Positions 27,019 to 36,855 of a stretch of DNA of 59,260 nucleotides are shown here, piece by piece. Both the position numbers and the translations under genes were made by a program. The stretch is from Dehalococcoidia bacterium (lineage in GTDB: Bacteria; Chloroflexota; Dehalococcoidia; DSTF01; JALHUB01). Under the pieces are notes generated by a model that made no database searches, was not told where the DNA came from, and was given only the letters and a program-made list of their open reading frames with translations. The stretch's first letter is position 1. Each line of letters begins with the position of its first letter. The DNA lies in contig DAOULP010000225.1 of the NCBI GenBank assembly GCA_034420175.1, positions 1 through 59,260 of the forward strand, written 5' to 3'.

Positions 27019-27723
27019 GTGGCTCTGGTTATCGCGCACCGTACCTGCCCCCTGCACGAAGCCGAGAACAGCCTGGAGGGGATCAAGCGGGCGGGCGCCC
27101 TTGGGGCGGATGGGGTCGAGATAGACGTCCGCCTCACGCGGGACGGCGTGCCGGTGCTCGTCCACGATCGCACGCTGCTGCGTGTGGCCCGCTGGCCACT
27201 GCCGACGCGCTGCTTCACGCTCGCACGGCTGCGACGCATGAAGCGCTGCGACAACGGCCTGCCGATCCCGACCTTCGCCGAGGCGCTATCGGCCCTTCCC
27301 CCGGGCCTCGTCATGGCCATCGACGTCAAGGAGGCGCGGGCCGCGATGCCTGCGATCGCTGAGATCCGCCGGCAAGGCGCCGAGGAGCGTGTGCTCCTTT
27401 GGGCCAAGGCGGGGGCGGCCGTCAGCGTCTTCGCTCGCGAGCTTCCGCGCGTCGAACGAGCCCTTCTTCGCGATACTACGAGCGCGCGGGCAACGCGCCG
27501 CTTCCTCGAGGACGCGGAGCGCTGCGAAGCGCACGCGGTCTCAGCCCACTGGGATCGGATCACTGCCGAGTTCGTCGCCGACGCTCACAGGCGCGGGCTA
27601 AGGGTCTACGCCATGGCGCAGGACCCGGATTCCCAGGCGTCTCGGCTCGCGACAGGGCTTGATGGGGTGGTCACCAACTGGCCAGAGGAGGCGCTTGCAG
27701 CCGTCAGAGGTGGACGGGCGTGA
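27019..27723 (+). CDS. Glycerophosphodiester phosphodiesterase family protein
   Basis: IAHR, ENSL, DGVEIDVRLTRDG..V..HD, IPTFAEAL, DGVVTNWP; GAGGAGG RBS before GTG 27019. Confidence 0.9.
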   Translation: MALVIAHRTCPLHEAENSLEGIKRAGALGADGVEIDVRLTRDGVPVLVHDRTLLRVARWPLPTRCFTLARLRRMKRCDNGLPIPTFAEALSALPPGLVMAIDVKEARAAMPAIAEIRRQGAEERVLLWAKAGAAVSVFARELPRVERALLRDTTSARATRRFLEDAERCEAHAVSAHWDRITAEFVADAHRRGLRVYAMAQDPDSQASRLATGLDGVVTNWPEEALAAVRGGRA

Positions 27724-28429
27724 TCCAGTCGGGGCCTCCCCAGGAAAGATCCCAGGCGTAATCGTTCGCGATGTGCGCCCACGCGGTCCAGAAGATCAGC
27801 CGCGTCACGCCATAGAACATCCCCGCCCGGTACAGTGCCAGCAGGGCCCGGTCGGGCAGGACCCCCCCGATCTTCCCCCAAACCCACGAGTCGGCCGGTA
27901 CGACGACGTTCCAGAAATAGCGTGCACGGAATACGCTGAAATGTCCCAAGGCGATCACGAGCCAGACAGCGTCCATCACCACACCGAGGCTGCTATAGTA
28001 GGCGCCCGCATCGTCGTAGCGGCCCACTTCGGCCGCATACGCCCAGATCTGGGTTGAGATGTTCTCATTCCAGAACGGCCAGAGGAGCATGGTGCCAACC
28101 GTGTCGCTCGTGTCGGTGAGGTTGTGCGCCAAGCCCCCAACCAGCAGACCGAGCGCCCAGGGCTTGCTTCGGGTCAACGCCCAGACGACCAGGGCGATCA
28201 CCGCCACGAAGAAGATCGAATGAGTGAAGCCTGCGCCCGGCCAACCGCGATGGAACTGCGCAGGCTCGGCCGCGCCGATGTTGATCGGCCCCTTGTTGAT
28301 CCCGTAGACGTACCACTTGGTGAAAGCGTCCGGAACGTACGTCCCGATGAGGATCGCGAGAAAGCTGACGCGCAGTCCGAGGTGCCGCTGCAGCACGTAG
28401 GTCTCGAAGTCGTGCGCAGCCCAGCTCAA
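27704..28429 (-). CDS. Membrane metal-dependent hydrolase (YdjM-like)
   Basis: PD, HRG..FTHS, H..TD motifs with TM segments. Confidence 0.75.
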   Translation of the reverse strand: MSWAAHDFETYVLQRHLGLRVSFLAILIGTYVPDAFTKWYVYGINKGPINIGAAEPAQFHRGWPGAGFTHSIFFVAVIALVVWALTRSKPWALGLLVGGLAHNLTDTSDTVGTMLLWPFWNENISTQIWAYAAEVGRYDDAGAYYSSLGVVMDAVWLVIALGHFSVFRARYFWNVVVPADSWVWGKIGGVLPDRALLALYRAGMFYGVTRLIFWTAWAHIANDYAWDLSWGGPDWITPVHL

Positions 28430-28764
28430 GCGGAGTCTCGCTTAGGGTGGTTCTCGGTCCGAAGGCGCCGCCTCAGGCGACGAATCACCGGCGGCCCGAA
28501 CCAGATCACCGCAACCAGCCACCCCGCGCCGTAGCTCCACCAGGCGAACACTTCCAGCCTAACGAACCCGACAGCGATGTAGATGATGGCTGCGGCGAGG
28601 TAGAGCGCGAGCTCGAGTCGGCTGGTACCGCTGCGCTGGCCCGAAGGCCTGCGGGGCTGCACGCCGCGATTGGCCGATGACTCGCTCGTCGCAGTGGTCC
28701 TGCTCACGGTGTCCAAAGGCCGACGTCCACCGCTGTTCACCACGCTGGCCGGCCGCGCGGTCAT
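28426..28764 (-). CDS. Small membrane protein (start uncertain)
   Basis: Two C-terminal TM helices followed by a basic tail; stop overlaps the TTG start of the next gene. Confidence 0.55.
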   Translation of the reverse strand: MTARPASVVNSGGRRPLDTVSRTTATSESSANRGVQPRRPSGQRSGTSRLELALYLAAAIIYIAVGFVRLEVFAWWSYGAGWLVAVIWFGPPVIRRLRRRLRTENHPKRDSA

Positions 28765-29005
28765 TGCCCGCCCGATGCCCAGTCCTCGCTGATCGCCCGT
28801 CAGGATGGTCCCCTCATCCTTCGAGTCGCCTGTGCCCACCTCTCGATAGTCCCACGAAGGGCTCTTGTCGTCCAGGCCCTCGCGCCCTGAGAGGCGACGC
28901 GGCGTTGGCCTGCTGCGATTATCTGGACGGGGACCCATTGGCGGGGTAAGCTGGTCGTCGCGTCAGATTCGAAGGGACAATCACATTTGCTGAGGAGGAC
29001 GGAAC

Positions 29006-29950
29006 GTGGAGATTGAAGACGTTCTCGAAATGGGGCAGAGGCTGCGCAACTGGGGCCGCTGGGGCCCCGATGACGAGTTGGGCACGCTCAACTTCATCAC
29101 GCCGGAGAAGGTCGCGCGCGCCTGCGCCGTCGCAAAGAAGGGAAGGACCTTCGGCCTGGCGATACCCTTCGACAGCCGGGGACCGCAGGCGGGCGGCGGA
29201 CCACGCTTCAACCCGATACACGTCATGCTCGCCACCGGTACTGACGCCGTCGCCGGCGCCCAGGACCGCCTGCCCGGTGGCTTCCGCTACACGGACGACT
29301 TGGTGATCATGCCCCTTCAGTGCGCCACGCAGTGGGATTCGCTTGCCCATGTCTTCTACGACGGCCAGATGTACAATGGCCACGACGCGCGCCTGGTGAC
29401 CTCGCGCGGCGCCGCTCGGAACAGCATCGACAAGATGAAGGAGCGCGTCGTTTCCCGCGGCGTGTTGCTGGACATCCCCCGCTTCAAGGGACTCGACTGG
29501 CTGGACCTGGGCTATCCGATCACACCGGAGGACCTGGACGGTGCGGCCGACCGCCAGGGCGTCGCAGTCGAGTCGGGCGATATCATCCTCGTGCGGACTG
29601 GCCACATGACTCTCTGCCGGTCGCGGGTGAGTTGGGAGGGCTACGCCGGCGGCGATGCGCCCGGCCTCGCCCTGGCCACCGCTCCCTGGCTGCACGAGAA
29701 GGAGGTGGCCGCGGTCGCGACGGACACGTGGGGGGTGGAGGTGCGCCCCAACGAACCGCCCAACACCTTCCAGCCCCTGCACATGGTGCTCATCCGCGAC
29801 ATGGGGCTGCTGCTGGGGGAGATGTTTCAGTTGGACGACCTGGCCGAGGACTGCGCCGCCGACGGAACCTACGAGTTCATCCTGGTGGCGCCGCCCATCC
29901 CCTTCACAGGGGCCGTCGGCTCACCTGTCAACCCCATCGCCATCAAGTAG
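29006..29950 (+). CDS. Cyclase family metallohydrolase (kynurenine formamidase-like)
   Basis: NWGRWGPDDELGTLN, TQWDSLAH, GDIILVRTG, GSPVNPIAI. Confidence 0.92.
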   Translation: MEIEDVLEMGQRLRNWGRWGPDDELGTLNFITPEKVARACAVAKKGRTFGLAIPFDSRGPQAGGGPRFNPIHVMLATGTDAVAGAQDRLPGGFRYTDDLVIMPLQCATQWDSLAHVFYDGQMYNGHDARLVTSRGAARNSIDKMKERVVSRGVLLDIPRFKGLDWLDLGYPITPEDLDGAADRQGVAVESGDIILVRTGHMTLCRSRVSWEGYAGGDAPGLALATAPWLHEKEVAAVATDTWGVEVRPNEPPNTFQPLHMVLIRDMGLLLGEMFQLDDLAEDCAADGTYEFILVAPPIPFTGAVGSPVNPIAIK

Positions 29951-29995
29951 CGGTGGCGAGCCGCGCCAGCCCGTCCGTCGGCGGTCAGGATCCAC

Positions 29996-30023
29996 TTGAC
30001 CGGGCGGGCGCCAGGCTTACACT
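29996..30023 (+). promoter_or_regulatory. sigma70-like promoter
   Basis: TTGACC-N16-TACACT, 45 nt upstream of the methyltransferase ATG. Confidence 0.45.
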
Positions 30024-30068
30024 GGCGTTGCACCCTCCTGTCGGGAGGTCGCGCGAGAGAGAACGCAC

Positions 30069-30749
30069 ATGGGACGTGCCACCTCCACCCAGCCCGATCC
30101 CGAGATCGTAAGGACCTCGTTCCGGGGCATCCGGTCTCGGTTCTATGACTTCCTGACGGCGGGCGCGAGCCGGGAATACCGGGCTGTCGCCGTCGAGCGG
30201 CTTGCGCTCCAGCCCGGGGACTTAGTCGTCGATGTGGGGTGCGGCACCGGCCTCAGCCTGCCCCTGCTCTCTAGGGCCGTTGGACACGAAGGCAGAGTCA
30301 TCGGTGTGGACGCCAGCCCGGAAATGCTCGGCCGAGCTCGCCGCCGAGTTGAGGAACGCCGGTTGGTGAACGTGGAATTGGCGGAGGCGTTCGCTCAGGA
30401 CTTCCGGCCGCCAACGCCCGTCGATGGCGTTCTGGCCTGCAACGTCAACCAGCTCATCTGCTCGGCCGAGGTGGTGCAGAATGCGGTCGGGTGGCTGAAG
30501 CCGGGGGGACAATTCGTGGCGGCGGGAGGACGTCGGGGTCCTGGGCTGGGCGGCTTCCTGCGGGCGCTCTTCCTGCGGGTCACGGTCCCCCTCATGCAGC
30601 GGGAGCGCTCGGCGGTGCGCTGGATCCTTCACCAGCAGCCCTGGGAGGAGCTGGAGCGGGCACTGGGGCCGCTGGAGCTCGAGCAGTTCTTGGACGGCTC
30701 CGCCTTCGTGGCGCGTGGCGTCAAACCGCCGGCGAGGTCTGAGCGCTAG
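30069..30749 (+). CDS. Class I SAM-dependent methyltransferase
   Basis: VVDVGCGTG, VIGVDASPEML, LKPGG. Confidence 0.9.
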   Translation: MGRATSTQPDPEIVRTSFRGIRSRFYDFLTAGASREYRAVAVERLALQPGDLVVDVGCGTGLSLPLLSRAVGHEGRVIGVDASPEMLGRARRRVEERRLVNVELAEAFAQDFRPPTPVDGVLACNVNQLICSAEVVQNAVGWLKPGGQFVAAGGRRGPGLGGFLRALFLRVTVPLMQRERSAVRWILHQQPWEELERALGPLELEQFLDGSAFVARGVKPPARSER

Positions 30750-31195
30750 GTTCTCTCCTCAAGGCTGCGGATGAGGAGAACAGGCGTCCCCGCGTGGCGG
30801 AGGACGTGATCGGCGACGCTGCCGTAGACCAGTCGGCGCAGGCCGCCGCGCCCGTGGGTGGACATGGCGATGAGGTCCATCTCGTGGCGGCGGGAGTAGT
30901 CGATGATGGCGTCGCCTGCTTCACCCTCTACGACCTCCGCGCGCACACTGAGTCCCTCGGCCTTGAGGCGCTGCACGACACTGTGTAGGTGAGAGCGGGC
31001 CTGATCCCGCTCCGCCTTGGCGGCCTCGGCAGCCGCCTCCAGTCCCACGGCGGCCGTGGCACCGGTGGACAGAGGCATCACGGCCCGGATCAGCACGACC
31101 TCGGAGCCGAGCCCCTTCGCCAGCGCCTGAACGTGCGGCAGAACTCCTTCCGCAAGCTTCGATCCGTCCAGGGGCACGAGGATCTTGCGGTACAT
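30746..31195 (-). CDS. Universal stress protein (UspA family)
   Basis: ILVPLDGS, DLIAMSTHGRGG, GSVADHVLR. Confidence 0.95.
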   Translation of the reverse strand: MYRKILVPLDGSKLAEGVLPHVQALAKGLGSEVVLIRAVMPLSTGATAAVGLEAAAEAAKAERDQARSHLHSVVQRLKAEGLSVRAEVVEGEAGDAIIDYSRRHEMDLIAMSTHGRGGLRRLVYGSVADHVLRHAGTPVLLIRSLEERT

Positions 31196-31399
31196 CAATC
31201 CCCCCTTGCTGGACTCCAACAGCAGACCGCGCAGCGCACTCGGTCAACGCAGTCCGAGGGCATCACGCCGCACTCCCCGATGGGCGAGAAGTCGCGATGC
31301 TGGCCGGCGGTGACGGCGATGGTCGTGGATCAGGGAGTCTACGCGCTGCCGCCGGGGCCAATGCGTCACGCCGGCGCCCTCCACCGTCTCGTCTGAGCG

Positions 31400-31888
31400 C
31401 TAGGTTCTCTCCTCAAGGCTACGGATGAGGAGAACAGGCGTCCCGGCGTGGCGGAGGACGTGATCGGCGACGCTGCCGTAGACCAGTCGGCGCAGGCCGC
31501 TGCGGCCGTGGGTGGACATGGCAATGAGGTCCATCTCGTGGCGGTGGGCATAGTCCACGATTGTGTCGCCTGCCGTGCCCTCCAGGACCTCGGCGCGCAC
31601 ATTGACGGCCTCGGCCTTGAGGCGCCGGATGATGCCATCCAGGTGGGCGCGGGCGCCCTCCCGCTCGGCCTTGACGGCTTCGGCCGCGGCCTCGACGCCG
31701 ACGGCGGCTGCGGTGCCGGCGGGTTCCAAGGCGGGGGGCATGGTCTCAGCCACCAGCTTGGAGAGCGGTGCCACGACCTGGATCAGGGTCACCTCGGAGT
31801 CGAATCGGCGCGCCAGCTCTTGGACATGTGGCAGTACGCCTTCGGCCAGCGTCGAGCCGTCCAGTGGCACCAGGATCTTGCCGTACAC
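31400..31888 (-). CDS. Universal stress protein (UspA family), tandem paralog
   Basis: Same motifs; C-terminal part nearly identical to 30746..31195. Confidence 0.95.
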   Translation of the reverse strand: MYGKILVPLDGSTLAEGVLPHVQELARRFDSEVTLIQVVAPLSKLVAETMPPALEPAGTAAAVGVEAAAEAVKAEREGARAHLDGIIRRLKAEAVNVRAEVLEGTAGDTIVDYAHRHEMDLIAMSTHGRSGLRRLVYGSVADHVLRHAGTPVLLIRSLEERT

Positions 31889-32173
31889 GAAGCCCCCCTT
31901 CCTGACGTTCAGATGCTGTCCCAATCAGCCGCCAAGCCGATGGCATTGTAGGCGCACAACGCCACCCGCCGCAATGGGGAACCTGTGGAAGAGAGGGTTA
32001 ATGCTGGCACAGCGGAGTGCTGCCGGAGCTGGCGCTCCGTGCGTTCGGGGTGTCAATGGTGCCAGACGCCCGTGATGGCGAACTCGCCCTGGTCAAAGGT
32101 GCCTAGGGACGCCGAATCCACCAGCGGGGCACCGTGCCGGGGCCGCGCCAGGGCCGGTCCGCCTGCGATCAGG

Positions 32174-32716
32174 CTAGTCGCAGTTCAGGTCTAGCTGGAG
32201 CCCCTTGTCGCTGGCGATCTGTTCCAGCGAGTGGCAGGCCTCCTGGAGCCGTGTTTCCTCTTCCAACTGAACGTCCGCCAGATCCGTGATAACCTGTTGG
32301 AGGTCTTCGAGTGTTTCCGCCTCTCCCACGCTCTCGGCCAGGTTCTCGATCAGGTCCACCCTGGTGCGCGCCGATTCCACGAACCGGTCGTGTGCGTCCT
32401 TCGCCTCGGACGGCGGGTTCATGTCCTCGATTTCGGCGAGAGCCTCTTGGAAGACCTCGACTCCTTCAGTCAAGAAAGCCTCGAGCGCGGCAATGGCCTC
32501 CTCGGCGCTTGTTTCGGCGGTGAAGGCCCCTTCTATCTCGGCCTCCAGAGCATTGCCCTGCTCCTCCAGGTCATCGCCGATGGCCTGGAGCTGCTGGAAG
32601 TACTCGTCTAGAGTGAGTTCGTCCCCACCGCCGCCGCCGCACGCTGTGGCGAAGCTAGCGACCGCGGCCAGCAGGGCCGTCACGAGCAGGAATCCGAGTA
32701 CGCGTCGCTTCATCAA
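32174..32716 (-). CDS. Lipoprotein, helical, unknown function
   Basis: Signal peptide followed by ATACGGGGG lipobox-like motif; acidic helical body. Confidence 0.8.
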   Translation of the reverse strand: MMKRRVLGFLLVTALLAAVASFATACGGGGGDELTLDEYFQQLQAIGDDLEEQGNALEAEIEGAFTAETSAEEAIAALEAFLTEGVEVFQEALAEIEDMNPPSEAKDAHDRFVESARTRVDLIENLAESVGEAETLEDLQQVITDLADVQLEEETRLQEACHSLEQIASDKGLQLDLNCD

Positions 32717-32879
32717 GGTCTCCTTCCTTCAATTCGGCTAGGACATGGCTCGCGGCATTATAGCACGCAACTTGGGGGGGCCTGCGCGTCCCTTCTCGAC
32801 ATGCACTGCTTGCCTGCGCTCCCCGCCTGCCGTACGATCGCAGGCACACTCCATCACCACCTAGAAAGGGCAGTCTGCC

Positions 32880-34562
32880 ATGCGCTCAGATGTCATCAAG
32901 CGAGGATTCGAACGCGCGCCCCACCGCAGCCTGCTGCGCGCAACGGGCGTCATCCGGAGCCCCGAGGACTTCGACAAGCCGTTCGTAGCCGTCGTCAACT
33001 CGTACACGGACATCGTGCCCGGCCATGTCCACCTACAGGAGGTGGGTCGCATCGTGAAGGAGGCCGTGCGTGAGGCCGGCGGCATCCCATTCGAGTTCAA
33101 CACCATCGGCGTCGACGACGGCATCGTCATGGGCCACTTCGGCATGAAGTACTCCCTACCTAGCCGTGAGCTCATCGCCGACAGCGTGGAGACGATGGTC
33201 GCCGCCCACTGCTTCGACGCCATGATCTGCATCCCCAACTGCGACAAGATCGTGCCCGGCATGCTGATGGCTGCCATGCGCCTGGACATCCCCACTATCT
33301 TCGTCAGCGGCGGCCCCATGCCGGCCGGCCGACTAGGCGACGGTCGCATCGTCGATTTCATCTCCGTCTACGAAGGAGTCGGCGCTTTTCAGGCTGGACG
33401 AATCGGCGAGGCCGAGCTACAGGAACTGGAGGAGAGGGGCTGCCCCGCCTGCGGTTGCTGCGCCGGCATGTTTACCGCCAACTCCATGAACTGCCTCTGC
33501 GAGGCGCTGGGCATGGCCCTTCCCGGCAACGGCACCATCCTGGCCACCAGCGAGGAGCGGCCCGAGCTCTACCGTCGGGCAGCCCGCCAGGTGATGCGCC
33601 TGCTGGAAGCGGGCGTCACGGCCCGCCAAATCGTCACGCCCGAGGCCATCGACAACGCCTTCGCGCTGGACATGGCGATGGGCGGCTCCAGCAACACCGT
33701 TCTCCACACCTTGGCCCTCGCCCACGAGGGCGGCGTCGAGTACCCGCTGGCGCGCCTCAACGAGGTGGCTGAGCGCGTCCCCTATCTGTGCAGCGTCTCG
33801 CCCGCCTCCAGCGTCCACCTGGAGGATGTTGACCGCGCGGGTGGCATCAGCGCCATCCTCCACGAGCTGAGCCGCAAGCCCGGCGTGCTCGACTTGGACC
33901 GGCCTACCGTCACTCTGAAGACGCTCGGCGAGAACGTGGCGGAGGCCCGGGTGCGGGACCCGGAAGTCATCCGGCCCATCGAGAACCCCTACAGCCCGAC
34001 GGGCGGCCTGGCCATTCTCTTCGGCAACCTGGCTCCGGACGGCGCGGTGGTCAAGGCCGGCGCCGTGGATCCATCGATGCTGGTCTTCGACGGGCGGGCG
34101 CGGGTCTTCGACTCGGAGGAGGAGGCCATCGAGGCCATCATGGGCGGGCGAATCAAGCCTGCGGACGTGGTCACCATTCGGTACGAGGGGCCGAAGGGCG
34201 GGCCCGGCATGAAGGAGATGCTCAGCCCCACCGCCGCCATCGTGGGTATGGGACTGGGCACCCAGGTGGCCCTGATTACCGACGGCCGCTTCTCCGGGGG
34301 CACGCGTGGCGCCTGCCTCGGCCACGTCTCGCCGGAGGCGGCGGCCGGCGGACCGATTGCCGCTCTCCGCGACGGCGACGCCATACACATCGATATCCCG
34401 AACCACCTGCTTGAGGTGGACCTGGCCGACGCTGAGATCGCGCAACGTGTGGCCGCGGCGAAGCCGCCGCGGCGCGAGCTCCCCAGTCGCTGGCTGCGCC
34501 GCTACGTCGGCCTGGTCACCAGCGCCAACACCGGCGCCGTGCTGAGGGAGCCGGACTGGTAG
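32880..34562 (+). CDS. ilvD: Dihydroxy-acid dehydratase
   Basis: [54 protein letters not shown]. Confidence 0.98.
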   Translation: MRSDVIKRGFERAPHRSLLRATGVIRSPEDFDKPFVAVVNSYTDIVPGHVHLQEVGRIVKEAVREAGGIPFEFNTIGVDDGIVMGHFGMKYSLPSRELIADSVETMVAAHCFDAMICIPNCDKIVPGMLMAAMRLDIPTIFVSGGPMPAGRLGDGRIVDFISVYEGVGAFQAGRIGEAELQELEERGCPACGCCAGMFTANSMNCLCEALGMALPGNGTILATSEERPELYRRAARQVMRLLEAGVTARQIVTPEAIDNAFALDMAMGGSSNTVLHTLALAHEGGVEYPLARLNEVAERVPYLCSVSPASSVHLEDVDRAGGISAILHELSRKPGVLDLDRPTVTLKTLGENVAEARVRDPEVIRPIENPYSPTGGLAILFGNLAPDGAVVKAGAVDPSMLVFDGRARVFDSEEEAIEAIMGGRIKPADVVTIRYEGPKGGPGMKEMLSPTAAIVGMGLGTQVALITDGRFSGGTRGACLGHVSPEAAAGGPIAALRDGDAIHIDIPNHLLEVDLADAEIAQRVAAAKPPRRELPSRWLRRYVGLVTSANTGAVLREPDW

Positions 34563-34663
34563 CCGGGACCAGGAGAGCATTCTCATGGCCGTCCGCCGGT
34601 GGTATCATCGGCGGCGATAGAGCACCGGAGGCCGCGCAATCGGCCGCCGGGCGGTGCGACACC

Positions 34664-35179
34664 ATGAGCATGCCTCTCGATCCGGACGAGCAGGTGCTCG
34701 TCCTGCGCCACCGCCACTGGGTGTGCATCTATCCCCGCCTGCTCGTCATGACCCTGGTCACTCTGGCGCCGGTCGTCGTGCTGTTCGTCGTTCTCTGGCT
34801 GCTCGATGAGCTCGCCGGGCGGGCCCTGCAGGTGGCGGGCGCGGCCTCCGCCGTCTGGCTCCTGTACCGGGCCCTACGATTGTTCCTCGTCAAGTACCGC
34901 TACGACAACGACATCTGGGTAGTGACCAACCGGCGGGTCATCGACAGCATCAGCAACCACCCCCTGCACCTGCACACGTCGACGGCCCACATAGCCGACA
35001 TCGAGGACATCACGGTGTCTTCGACCGGCCTCCTCGCCACTCTCTTCAACTTCGGCGACATCGAGTGCCAGACCGCGGGGGTGCAGCAGAACTTCTCCCT
35101 TCACAGCGTGGCGCGGCCGAACGACCTCCAGGCGTTGCTCAATCGCCTCCGCGACCAGCTTCGATTCGGCGCCTGCTAG
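34664..35179 (+). CDS. Membrane protein with a bacterial PH domain
   Basis: Two TM helices, then WVVTNRRVI...FNFGDIECQTAG. Confidence 0.8.
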   Translation: MSMPLDPDEQVLVLRHRHWVCIYPRLLVMTLVTLAPVVVLFVVLWLLDELAGRALQVAGAASAVWLLYRALRLFLVKYRYDNDIWVVTNRRVIDSISNHPLHLHTSTAHIADIEDITVSSTGLLATLFNFGDIECQTAGVQQNFSLHSVARPNDLQALLNRLRDQLRFGAC

Positions 35180-35185
35180 CCGGCG

Positions 35186-36064
35186 ATGAGGATCACCGCC
35201 CGGGCCCCGGTGCGGATCGACCTGGCGGGAGGCTGGACGGACGTCCACCACTTCGCCGACCGCGACGGCGGCGCCGTCCTCAACGCAGCGATTGCTCGTC
35301 ACGTGCGCGGCGAGTTGACCCGCGACCGGGGCCGCTTCCACGTCAGCTACGAGACCAACGTTCCCGCGGGGGCCGGGCTGGGCGCCTCCGCCGCCTTCAA
35401 CGTCGTCTGGCTGGCCCTCGTGAACGCGGCCATGGGCCGACGACCCTCGCCGGAGGAGCTGGCGGAGCAGGCCTACCGGTTGGAGGGCCTGTTGGGAGTC
35501 ACCGGCGGCAAGCAGGACCAGTACGCCGCCGCCCTGGGTGGCCTTAACCTGCTTCGATTCCAAGAGGGCGTCGTGCGGGTCGAACGATTGTCGCCCAGCG
35601 AGGGCACCATGCGCGCGCTCCAGCAACGGCTGGTCCTCGCCTACAGCGGCGAGTCGCGTCTCTCCGGCGACATCCACGAGCGGGTCTGGGGCGGCTACCT
35701 CTCAGGCGAGAAGGGGGTGGCGGACGCCCTGCGCCAGCTCAGGGCCATCGCTTTCGAGATGAGAGAGGCGCTGCTGGTCGGCGACCTGGCGTCGTTCGGC
35801 GTCCTCCTGGGGGAGAACTGGCGGTGCCAGAAGGCGCTCCACCCGTCGATAACGAACGGCGGCGTGGAGGAGCTCTTCCGAGTGGCGACTGGGTCCGGAG
35901 CTATATCAGGGAAGGCCTGCGGCGCCGGCGGTGGGGGCTGCCTCCTCTTCTGGTGCGAGGAGGGCGCCGCCTCCCGCGTGGCCGCGGCCCTGAGTGAGGC
36001 CGGGGCTCAGCTCATCGATTTCGCGCCGGACGATGAGGGGCTGGTGGTCCGGAGGGAGGGGTAG
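35186..36064 (+). CDS. GHMP kinase (HddA-like sugar-phosphate kinase)
   Basis: APVRIDLAGGWTD, PAGAGLGAS, GGKQDQY, GKACGAGGGG. Confidence 0.9.
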   Translation: MRITARAPVRIDLAGGWTDVHHFADRDGGAVLNAAIARHVRGELTRDRGRFHVSYETNVPAGAGLGASAAFNVVWLALVNAAMGRRPSPEELAEQAYRLEGLLGVTGGKQDQYAAALGGLNLLRFQEGVVRVERLSPSEGTMRALQQRLVLAYSGESRLSGDIHERVWGGYLSGEKGVADALRQLRAIAFEMREALLVGDLASFGVLLGENWRCQKALHPSITNGGVEELFRVATGSGAISGKACGAGGGGCLLFWCEEGAASRVAAALSEAGAQLIDFAPDDEGLVVRREG

Positions 36065-36592
36065 GGGGCAGGGCGGAGGCGATGCCCGTCACTCTCCCAT
36101 CGTGCGGTGGTGATGGCCGCCGTCACTGGCGCTGTCGACCGCTTTGCACACCACCTGCGATGGCGAAGAATGGACCCCCTGCACCGTCTCGAAGCACCTG
36201 CTCACCTTGACCAGAGGAGCCGCGGCACTCCTTCCGCGGTCCCCCTCTTCAGTGTCTTCTCCCCCCAGGCGTCGATCGATGTTGCAGATGAACGGCTGCT
36301 GAACCTTCTTCCGGACACGGCCACAAGTTCCGCCGGACGGCGACATCCTCCCTCTTGGAGTTCGTCCGGTCAGCGGTGGCGGAGCTGGGCGCCAAGCCAA
36401 GCCGCCGACGGAATTCTGTGACAGGGGACCCTCTCTGCCTCGCTGCCGAGAGGATTGGCGACTTCTCATCGCGGGGGAAGTTGCCTCTGAGCGTCAGGTG
36501 ACCTCGCTCACGGGGAAAGCTGATCTCCGCAACAACAGCTTGCCGTCGTCCACGCCTTCGGGAACGAGTGGCGACACGGACAACACCCGCAG

Positions 36593-36820
36593 CTATGACT
36601 CCCCCTCACCTACCGGTTCATGGTACGTGGCAAGAAGAGCTTGGTTCTCGTCGTACCACAGGGGCTTCTCGTTGCGAAGCATGTCCACCATTGCGCTGTA
36701 GTCTTCATATGAGAGGCCGTTGATCTGCCGCGCACCTCCCCCTTGGAAAAGCAGGACGATCGACCCGGACTTCGCGTCATGGCTCCAGGCGAGCTGGTAT
36801 TTCTCGACGCCCTTGTGCAT
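36593..36820 (-). CDS. 75-aa protein homologous to the C-terminal extension of the upstream Tgl
   Basis: AAGGGAGG RBS; 36/71 identical without gaps to Tgl residues 254-324. Confidence 0.85.
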   Translation of the reverse strand: MHKGVEKYQLAWSHDAKSGSIVLLFQGGGARQINGLSYEDYSAMVDMLRNEKPLWYDENQALLATYHEPVGEGES

Positions 36821-36855
36821 TTGCTGCCTCCCTTGATCTCAGGTGCAGGCAACGC

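Noticed and set aside
36089-36469. Possible fourth gene of the tgl unit
   Set aside because: No frame looks convincingly protein-like, the GGAGG abuts the ATG with no spacer, and there is a competing plus-strand ORF.
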